The position numbers were made by a program, and so were the translations under genes. The notes under the pieces were generated by a model. The model saw only the letters and a list, made by a program, of their open reading frames with translations, ran no database searches and was not told the DNA's origin. 64,000 nt of DNA, taken from the NCBI GenBank assembly GCA_048128005.1, contig JBEUKZ010000031.1:1-64000 (forward strand), given 5' to 3'. Each line of letters begins with the position of its first letter. The stretch's first letter is position 1. This stretch comes from Veleropilina oligotropha. Taxonomy: Eukaryota. Shown here in pieces: positions 36,201 through 48,200 of the stretch.

Positions 36201-39200
36201 TGGTACATTTGGTAGCACATAAATATCCATATTGTTTGAGATTAATACCACGTCCGTACAGATCGCTGTTCGAATTACAACTGGTGCAACTGAACTGGAT
36301 GTCACATGCTAGATAGTTCTAGTTTGCTCGAATAAGATTTTCCTTAAAATCATGCAGTTTAATTATATAAATACAATGGCCCAGTACTATAGAAATGAAT
36401 CAAATTACATCACCGGGGCGGTGAGAAGCGTTGAAACAATCTGACTTCAGTATTGAAATTAAGACTAAAATAATTTAGTATAGCTGTTAATATTAATACT
36501 GAAATAATGCTATGTGAACGCATTAATATTTTTTAAATTATAATGCCACATGTGAATAGGAAGCAATAATTTAAGTAAGATATAAGCCTCAGACGATCCA
36601 TAGTTAAAAATATTGGACCGGCCTTGATGCTATTGCGCCTTTGACGGTCAAATATTTTTGCTTAAATGGATCGTCTTCTGCTTATATCTATTACATAAAT
36701 TATTTAGTTGTTAATTTCAATACTGAAGTCAGGTTGTGTCAACGTTTCTTCGTACCGCCCTGGCGATCTAATTTGGTTCATTGTTGAAGTGCTTGGATAT
36801 TGCATTATACAATTAGCTGCATGATTTTTGAACGAAATCTCACCCGAACTATTAACCACGTTGTATTTCAGTTCAATTTCGGCAGTTGTAATTCGGACAG
36901 CGACCTGTACGGACGTGAAATTTATCCCAAACAATAATGGATATTTGTATGTGTGCTATGCTGCAATCTGCCAATGTTGTCGCATTATGTTGGATTTATA
37001 ACATTCTGGATGTACTACACGGCATTAGGAGTACCATACTTCGTTTACATGGATTTAAAAATATATCTTATATCGGTATGGAGCAAATTTTTTGTTTGCC
37101 TCTTAATTACGTCATTGTTATCCATTGTAAACATATTGGACAGCGTCATTGTTACGTGTATCTATTGTCAACATATTGGAGAGTGGCATTGTTATCTATT
37201 GTCAACATATTGAACAGCGGCATTGTTATCCATTGCCAACTTATTGTACTGCGACCCATTCTTACAAATAATGGACACCCAAGACAATAGGATGACGTCA
37301 CAACAAGAGTTTAAGCCCAGTACACTTACATTATCTGCAGTTTTCTGAGATCCTTAAATGCACCTGCCTCGATGTAGTTAATGTCATTCGTTTGAAGATA
37401 CCTGCAATATATATAGAATACTACACTGGTTGTCGATAGATACCATTTTTACGTGACGAGTATATGTCTGACGGTATCTAAACGAGCGAAAGCGAGTTTA
37501 GATACCGTCAGACATATACGAGTCACGTAAAAATGGTATCTATCGACAACCAGTGTAGTATTTTATTTATTACTCACGATATTTATGTTGAAATACTTGT
37601 TTTATTATCGTATTTCTGCATATAAATCCGAACATTGTCGCCAACAACATTTGCGCACGAATTGCCTCTTCACAGATGTGATAAAATCCTTGCGCATTAA
37701 TATAGGTCGTTCTTATAGCCTAACAACGTTAAAAATTAGCAATAACAAAACGTCTTGTAACAATCAATAAGATATTTAATTAAATATTTGTAAATGGCTA
37801 TTATTATTTATATTTATATACAGAGATTTCAAAATAGCGTCAAATTTCCATATTACATCACGTGTTCCTATCGTCACTGATCATTGTTTTGTCTGGGGCG
37901 CTTTGGGCTCGATGCTCCGTTGATGTTGTGCAATTAGAAATCGGTGCCGAAAATATAGATTGTGAATTTGTAGTCGCTGTTAAATTTATGGAGCTGGACT
38001 GTGAATTGGAAGTTGTCGAGACATTTATCGAGGGTGGAGCTGCTGGCGGAGGAACGTACGAACTGATGATATTGCTAAGTGATGCTGATCGGTGGAAATA
38101 CTGCTATAGTTATTGACGCTCTGTATGTTTTTAAGTCCGGATATCTGCATAATTTCAGTGGATGGAACATTATTTTCGCGAGTGATTTGTGACACGTTTA
38201 CCAGTGATTCCAACTTCAAACGCCATTCGTTTCATTGTGCCGGCAAGTTTGTTTTGGCCAACTGGTTGGCGTTTGAACCATGGGTGGTTTTGAGCAGGCG
38301 CGACTTTCGAATTTGTTGCCAGATAAAACGGTGTATCGGCAGAACGAAAATCTACCGGCCTTAATGTGGCATACAGCTTATAAATGGATACCGGACATCG
38401 TTCGTCGCCCGTTTCCCAAGCACGAGGAGGACATATCACGGACATTCCTGGTATCACCACCTGTGCGTGTTCTCGTTTGGCGCTCGTTATATTCGAGGAA
38501 TTCTCTCCCGTCGCTGTCTACCTTTAACGAAACATCGCCCCATTTCATCATATGGTGTGGTTTAACACTTCGAAGGCCAAAGTGACGGGTGTTATTCCAC
38601 CACAGAGTGTTTAGGATGGATTCGGGGTTGTTGCAACCCATTTCATTGCCGTTATACAATTTCTGGATTTCGTCACAAGATAAACTTTCAGCCCTATTTG
38701 GTAAGTTTCCGAACCCTTGACTTTTAAGTGCTTTTTGTTTTGATGACAAAACATCCCGAAGCCGTGAAAACTCTATCCCGCAGTAATGACTTTTCGTACC
38801 CTCTGTGAAAACCGATCAAAACTTGATATCTTTGATGTTAGTGATGAGGGTTCATATTCTTGACCATTTGCTTTCTTTATTGACATGAAATAATTACATA
38901 GGATGTCGCACAGTTCATTTGGCGATATAATTTCTACTGGTCTGTTGTCGCCTTTTAGTATCATGAATTTGGCCAAAATATTAGAATCGTACTGTGTCTT
39001 TCGCAATGTATTTTGATTTCTGTTTTCTTGAATAAAGCTGTTAATGTTCGAACGGTCGTACTTATTATTTGTAAATACTATTTTATTGTATGTTTACTTT
39101 TATTTATGTTACCAATGTTTGTAGTTATTTTAATTATACTTTCGTTGCTTTATAAGATCTCGTTCCGACGGCAGTCGTGAGACATTAGTTTGATAGTAAA

Positions 39201-42200
39201 AGTTGTAACATTTATCAATGAAAAAAGTAGTCCCGTGACCTTACATCAGCAGATTCCTATTGTCCAATCAAAATTGAGAGTTCGAGGTCAATTGTTTATC
39301 CAACACCCGTAAGATACGAGATTTTTATGAGATGGCGATATCTTCAACACCCGAGTAATAAGATGTCATATTACATTTACCCAAACAAAAGTCACAATAT
39401 CGATGCCACATAACAACTACAAGACATTGTATCAGGCATATACAATTTCGTATGATAGAATTACTATGTATTGCATGTTGTGCTGGTCGCTCTGGGAAAA
39501 ATCACCGGCCAGGACAAATTTGACTTTTAACCCGCGACAAAGCATTCAAGAGAGTGAATAGAGAGGCCATGTTCGTTATCACTCGACTAGCGGTGTGGTA
39601 TACTATATCTGGTATATCGCAAATAATGCCAGTAAATAATATTGGAAATTAAGCTGAAAATGCTGGTCTATGTCGATATTTAATATCGTAGAAAATATGT
39701 ACAACATATCCATAACAGGTTAATATTTTTATGCACCTAATTTACGCGCAGTGATATTTGTATGGATAAAGGGCGTTTCGCAAACTGCGCTATTTACACG
39801 CACTCATTGCCCAATTTGACTTAATTCTCACTCAATGCAGCAAGTCTGAATTAATGTACAACGCGGTGTTTGCATTTTAAGTGCGATCTATTTGCATGCT
39901 GTTAAGTCATTAATCTCTATCGATATGGACAGTTTATGACTATGACCATCACGAAAGGCAGCATACTTACAGTCGCTCCAACTTGTCGAGGCCCTTTAGG
40001 TCTTCTACGGTAATATTATCTAATCTGTTCTGATTAAGACGACTGAAAAGAGAAAAAGATATATTATTTATACGAGTACAATTCCTTGTATTAAATATTG
40101 TCACCCGGCGTTGAACTCACAGCAATCAAGGATAATTTGATATGTGTATAACCTACTTGCATATAATAATTTATTTATAATGACTAGTATTTTGAAAGTC
40201 TATGCAGTTTTTAATGGAAAGCAACCGATCATATGCGTTTATTTTTATGTTCACAATGCATACACATATGTATAACACACATGCAAACTATATACGGACA
40301 CGGAGACATTTGCATCGGTTGGGACATGACATTATTTGTTCAAGTTTTGAATCATAGTTGCCCGTAACTGGTCGGAGAGGTTGGGTTTCCCCGGGGTGAC
40401 CGGGCTTTCCTCCCGCGATAATATAGACATGTCCTGCATTGAACTTAATGGTTAGTAATATAGTTAATATACAGGACATTAAGCGCCGATCCTTTCCTCT
40501 CCTTTTCCTTATTGTTTGAGTGGTACTCGTGAGTGAATTTTCTCAACATTGTAACATGCATGAGTGAAAACGAAATTGCATTATGCTCTTTATGGCTGAA
40601 TAATTTCAACAAAAAATTAAATGCATTCAGTAATCATGTTATCTTTATTTTAAAGATTGATGATTGGTGGAGTTAATTGTCTGTCGCAATATTTCGTTAA
40701 CTTTATATGTTCATATAATAATACCATCAGATTACGTGCATGTTTGCAACTACGACCATCTATTAACATGGTGTGCGTGATTGCTAATTATGATATCACC
40801 AAATGCACCACAAATCGGCCAGAAAGAGATTAGTGTGTCCTATACATTTGTACATAATATATGAATATCGCATAACAATTATTTGCTGTTCACCCTGGTA
40901 TGAAATAAATATTGCTAAATTTTATGTCAGTTCTTGTCTAATGAATTCATTCGATGTTCTTTGCAAGCAACAGTCATTAAAAACCCGATGTTTGAAAGGT
41001 ATCGCGATTACTCAGTTCGTAACGTACGAATTGTACTGAACTGTATGTCAACAATGTGTGCCATACAGGCATCACGGTCGAACAATTTACAATACGAGTA
41101 CTGAATACCAAGCATTCTCATGAACATACTGAATTTGTTTAAAGACATGCTTAACGTGCCATTTATTGACCTTCGGGGTGATACCAGGACATGTCCATTA
41201 TTAGTTATACTGGCTCTTGACGGGGTATACGGGATTTCCTCAGGAAATACGAAATTTTGGAGGGGGGTAAAATCCCGTATACCCCGTCAATAGCCAGTAT
41301 GACGAATTTATTACCCCTTCTTATTCCGTTTTGTTCATATTTAGGCCTAAATAAATACTGTTGATATCACTATAACGTTCAACATTTAAACAAACATTTT
41401 GGTATACCACGTCAAAATCGCGTTACAGCATTTTGCCGGGGTATACCAAATTGTTATACCCCGGAAATTAACAAATTAACATTAACATGCGCCTCAGGAA
41501 ATACGAAATTTTGGAGGGTGGTAAAATCCCGTATACCCCGTCAAGAGCCAGTATAACTAATATTATCTTACTTTAGCTCTTAATACTGCAATCTGATTGG
41601 TTAACGTTCCTTCGTCAATTGCCGTATTCCCCACCCAGGCGGGGTATATGAAATATTAATACCTTACGTAGTTATGTGTACTATTGTGATTTGGAGAGCC
41701 CTCAAAGACAAGGGAGATAATTGTGAACATGTCGTCTGCCAAATCATCAATACAAATGTTAAGTCATGGAATCGTACAGCGTTTCGAAAATTTTGCATCA
41801 ACTTCATTTTATAGTCGTAACGGTTTACATTTTTGACATTTTCATGTAAAATAAAATAGTCAATTATCCTTATTTAGTTAATTTTGGTGTTTACTTCGAC
41901 TTCCTATTATTCTCCTGCGCAGAGACGTCATTTCTCTACCGTATTGTACGGAGTATTCTTAATTTCTCTGCCAGGCATTATTATTACATTCTAATGGACG
42001 CGTCGGAATATATTCAAAATATATATAATGTATATTAGTATGCATGTATTTGCCACAACTTACTTTGCGTATTTTTCAATAATCATGCCAATCGTGTTAA
42101 AATATCACAGTTATAACGAAAGGAATATTTTTATATTGAACATGAAGTTTTACACTTGATCTTCAGCAGAGTGGGTAGTTGAGCGGGTAGTTTTCAAATA

Positions 42201-42204
42201 AATC

Positions 42205-42262
<58 letters not shown>

Positions 42263-45200
42263 TATATAAGTATATAAGTATATACACACGGACCATTTGA
42301 TAATGTCTTGTCCTTTTTACAAAAAGGTCAAGACATAAAAATGGGTTCTTTCACGAAGAAACAAGTCGGAAAAGAAACTTGTTCCAAAGGCTTGTTATGT
42401 CTTGACCTTTTTGTAAAAAAGGACAAGATTTTATCAAATGGTCCGTGTGTATATACATATATACATATATACTTATATATATATATATATATCCGTTGAT
42501 TTATTTGAAAACTACCCGCTCAATTTTCACCAAAATTGGTACACACATTCCCAAAAGTATTTGTAGGTCGTGTATATAACTTTCGCGACACAATTTTGCA
42601 AAAATATGCATTTATTGAGCACTTTTATGCATATTTGTATATAACGGATGTCTAATATTGCAAGCAAATAGCAATGACGTCATTACGACGTCGCTTTAGA
42701 TTAATCGTTATTTGGTGACGTCACAATCGACGGGGTAGTAAATTAAGCCATGACGTACTTGCACTTAGCCATTGTATTAACTGTTATGAAAATTTGAGGG
42801 AAATAAAGAAAGGTCAAGATATATTCCGAACACGTCGTTCTTGTTTTATTATATTGAAGTAAGATAAATTCGTTGTCGGCATAGCGCCCTCGTGAAATAT
42901 GAGTCTATGTACCGTTTGTGAGAATTTATTAACCTCGACTTCGTCTCGGTTAATATTTTCTCACAAACAGGTACATTGACCCATATTCCCCTCGGGCAAT
43001 GCCGACAACTTATATTATCGCGGATGAAAACCCGCTTAGCGGGAAGATATTGCAATCATTACCAATGAATTTGGAGTGGCGCATTACCTAACTCAGCCAT
43101 CCGTGGATATAGTAACAGTAATATATATATAGGATATACCAGTTGAAGTATGTCGATATATCTCCCTTGGTGTTACAAAGGTTTGATTATTACTTGTCTG
43201 CCTGTTGGTTGGTTTCAGACGTTATGTCCTTGCTTTTGGCTGTTGGTCTCCGCAGTATCTCATACTTGATTATATCACCTAGTACATGCCACAATAAATG
43301 ATGAAATAATTGCACCATACACCCGTCGTCAATTTGTATGTTTTAATGATTTTCTATGAACATTTTAAATGAGGAACTTCTAGAAATCAACGTTATTAAA
43401 ACTTTCACAATTTGAAACTTATTTGTGTTCGTCGCAAAAATATTCCTCGCACTGAGATACTTGCTATCGGGTCTTAGGATTTGGGTATTACTCAACGGTA
43501 CGCAGAAATGACAATAACGTAGCGTTTTTTTGCTAAACCGAACGATATTTGCTAGCTTAGTTACGAAAAAAGGAGCACGATACGGAAAGCGTCCGATCAA
43601 ATACGCAGAGAAGTATTGCTTCAGAGAAAAAATTATATCTGCAGCTTTATCAGTATTTTGTGAAACTCAATAATAATTTCCTGGTTTACTAACAACTTCA
43701 TTTGTTGCTAGTATATTTAATGACATGTTCCGCAAATTAAGTTATGCAAGTACATACTTCAAACGGCGCAATACAAGCATTGTGCCGACCATTTTCATTA
43801 GTCAGGTAGACATTTATATGATTCCAGGTCTTCATATTATTTGCACTTCATCTTATTAGCTGGTTGCTAATACCTTCGTAAATATACATCTTGTATGCCA
43901 AGTTATTAACTCAATACGTGAAGATAACCAGCTATAAACACTCATACAATTATGGTGGTCAAACATTATGTTGTACAGCAAATATTTATAATAATATCGA
44001 ACTAATGGTATTTTAAATATATTAGTTAATTTTATTAGTTAATTTAAGACCAATCTCTCTCATCTCTCACATTACTATGTCGAGAAGTGTAATAAATCGG
44101 ATTATTTTACAGATAAGTAGACGGTGGACAATCTTCGTCGTGTGGTTCATAGAGAGTGGTTTGGTTCAGTTTCGACTTGTCTAGTTGAGACAAATGAAAC
44201 TCACATGAAATTCACACAACCTCTACTGATGATTTGTATGCTCATTTTAAATCAAGAATGAAACTTCAAAACTTTAATCTAGTCAACTAGAGGAAACATG
44301 GTAGAGTATATGCCACCAGCGGCCACTTGATGGAATAGGCCTAGGCTACAAACCTCCGTCGTCTGATCCAAATCAAAATAAATCGCTATGTCCAATAATG
44401 TGTTTGACTATTATAGGTTAGCAAGAAGTAACATGAATACACTCAGGTGGTGGCTCCCCTTTAAGCAAGTAGGAGTTAGTGTAGTGAGAATTCCCATTTC
44501 CGAGTCTTGCTAAGACGACATCTTCATGTCACAGGGACCTAGAAGAGGTTGGACATTCTGCGTTTAATTTTATGTGACTCATGCCAATAACGCTGCCAAG
44601 TGGTTTTAATGTATTTATTACTTAAAATCTGATTAATAATAGACATGTCCTTGTATAATAGGCCGCTTCGACAGTACAGTGGTACGGTTGTGGATTCCGA
44701 AAATCACTGACTTGTTTTCGCTGACGTGAACAGTAGTGGGTTCGATCCCCGGGTGGGGCATCACACATTTGTTCAAGTTATGAAGCACAGTTGTCCGTGA
44801 CTGGTCGAAGAGGGCGGGTTTACCCGGGAGACGGCTTTCCTTCCGCGATAATACGGACATGTTCTGGTTTGAACCAAATTATGTTTGGAAATATACAGGA
44901 TATTAAGCATCGATTCTTTCCTTGTATAATATTGAAGGGTGTTGAAAGAGAACAATAAGCATCGATGCAAATCAATTCCTTGGGATCCTATCTTGCACAA
45001 CATAATCATCCACTTCCGATTGCCAATAATTATATTCTGAAACATCGTTTAATCGGTTCATAAGTTTGGGAGAAATATCACTAGAATACCGACAAAAAGA
45101 CAAACATAAAACGGATGAATAAAAATAGCTGTTGTGAGAATAATAGTGATATTCATTAGTTAATGAAAGTAGGGCAATTGAGTGAACTAGTTAATGACAT

Positions 45201-48200
45201 TTCAAGTGCGGGTGTGTGTTGTATTGTCTGGTCAGCGTTGGTCGCCAGCATGCATTCCAATATGCATTAATTTATATCCGTAGTTGGAGTGACTGTACAT
45301 ATATGGATCCAGCATAATAAAGGATAAAAATGATGAATCGCCTCAATACTGATTTGTGACAACCCTATATATCTCAGGACATACCGAACTTTTGTAATGT
45401 TAAGAAATATCGGTAAGCGAAACGATTATCCAGCAGATCACGTAGAACTCCGGCTCACTATCAAAAGGTATATCCGAATATAGTCAAATACTAGCCAAAC
45501 TGATGTGTCTATTCAGTAAACGATCATCCACTGAATAATAATAAATATTCAATCATTAGACGATTGCTTAAATGTAAAGACATCAGATTCAAGGTGACAA
45601 AATGCCTTTTACACACGATACATTTTTTATTGCTAATCCTTATTGGGCCTCATTGTCAATGATGCGATCAAGTGAGCACTGGTATTTTGAATAATTTATT
45701 TTATTTCAATGCTCAATGTTCCATTGTAAGATCCTACAGTGTCATTCTAGGATACGTTCATACTCACCATCATCGGTCAGTTAATGTGGTCAATTAGGTA
45801 ATCGGGTATATCTTAAAGTTTGGTTAATACCCTATTCGATAACTTATATTCGCCCAACATAGTCGCAAGAGGGGCAATTTAAAATGTAACTTTATCATAT
45901 ATCTGGGTCATTCATATAGGGTCAAAATGTTTAATAAAAACGGTATACGCGCTTCTATTACGACTTTCTTGTAATTTGATTGGATAATTTAATCAATGGA
46001 TCAGAACAACCAATTGCAGAACGCATAAAAAAATGTCATTGCCAATAATTGTGAACTACTTCTAATAATACGATTTTAATAAGAACGTCGGTGATGTTGT
46101 AAATAGTGATTGTAGTTGTGCAGGGATAGTACACGCATAAGCAACTAACGACCAATATTTAGTTGAAATACTAATTGCATAACCCGAGACAACCTTCTCT
46201 AGAGATCGCGTATCTCTCGATAGTCAAGCATACTAAATTCAATGTCAGGGTAGCTAGGTGACACTTTAGTTTCCGCTATATACGATGTTTTGTATTCATT
46301 TCATTTCAAAGTTGCCTCCATTTTTTGTCGCTTCGAATTAATTTAAACTGGAAATTACCATATTAACGTTGTATTTTTATAAAATTATTCTTAAAACGTG
46401 TTTATAATGGTTAACATTTACAAAACCGACACATATGTCATGATTCTGGTGCTTTATGTATCATTCGACTAACTTTATAGTCTCTTTTTATACGAGCAGA
46501 CGACTCCTCGCTTCACACTCGATGACCGTAAACGAAATCGATACGGTCGTGACCTTCACACGTGTCTTGCATTTAATGTCATATGAATAGAGGTTTTCCC
46601 ACTTGTTGGATTAATATAATATTGATAAGCGATATTAGTTCTTTTCAAAACATCATTTGTTGATCTTTACAGTTTATTGGGTAGATGAAAAACGGAGTTA
46701 TTTTCACACCCATTGGCACATTTTCATGACGTCAACACACAAAATTCACTCACTGCTATATTACTACGCTCCATAATTATTGTTATTATAGTTTTTTTCA
46801 TGCTTAGATCTTTATCCAATAATTGGCATATCTCAATGAAAAATATTAATGAAGGTATTTATAAAGATTAACAGAACAAGTCACAACCAATGTAAGACTG
46901 TTTAATACTAATTTAATATTATAACGTGCTGCATAACGTTTGACTGCATGAGACACAATCATTTGAACATGAGTACACGAATTTATATTCAATATTTTAT
47001 TTCTAGAAAATTGTTTAATATTTATCATGGAAATAAATTATACTCATTCTATGTTATGAATATACACCGCGGCAACTGTGATTTAAAGAAGATATTTTCC
47101 TCGCGGATGAGTGAGGTGAACGTTGACGTAAAAAGAGATACCGATAGCTTACTTAAAGTACCGCGCAATTTTAATCAGATTTAATTTGGCATAATATTTG
47201 TATTATAAACCGACAAAGAAAATACGAATCTCACATTAAGCCACAGATTACCATCAAAGATTGACGTACGACATTCAAGGATTTACCTGACTGAAGGTTT
47301 AACATATAAAAAGACCCTTAACGCTATCCACCCGGATCTGATGGATGTTATACCCGGTTAATACGTATAAACGGGTGTATGGTATTACTAGGACGTGCCG
47401 GGTGAACAGTGCATCAGATAAAATGATATGATCGTGTAATAAGCAAAACCGTGCGTGCTTTAAAATTGACATACACTTGTTGGCATTCAGACAATTGCAA
47501 ATCCGAGAAAAGACACTAAATGTGCCTTATAATAAAAATAATTTTCATTTCGCGAAATCTGCGACGTCTGATTGGTCAAAATTACCTCAAGTGGAGTTTG
47601 GACAAATACTCGTATCACACCCGACATTTTCGTACCAAACTACACATCGTCTGCTAGACGTCATTTCGCTTACTAGTATGCGGGAGTTAATCATGTGTTT
47701 TCAAATATTTCTTTGAGATTCATTTATATACAATTATTTTGCGCTTAGAATACACAATGAATATCGCAATGATAATAATATTATATAACACTCGACTTTC
47801 TTCTCGTGTGACATTTTCAAAGCTCACATGATAAACGTACGTATCAAACTCGTCTACCAAGGATAACGTTAAATATTCAGATATATAACGAAAGTGTGTT
47901 TTTAATATTTGATACCGATTTAAATATTCGTAGCTTTCTGTTTTTATATATGTTCAATGACAATAATGTTATCGGATTTAAGACCCAGCTAGGCCATCTC
48001 CAATACAAACATTATCTTCAATAATTCTGCGATATATCATGAAAGTCGTGAAGAATGTATATATTACATACATGTATTTAGCTAATTTGACTACATTCTG
48101 ATGAAATTTTCCATATTTCAGAGGCTCTTTTCAGCATCTACATTCGTTTTATCACACGAATTTGAGCCGCTAAATTTGCAATAGAATATTGAACGATTTT

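Noticed and set aside
37990..39056. Domesticated host gene (ZMYM/KCTD1/KIAA1958-like)
   Set aside because: Intronless and frameshifted, with a deletion at the HxxR motif and transposon-like ends.
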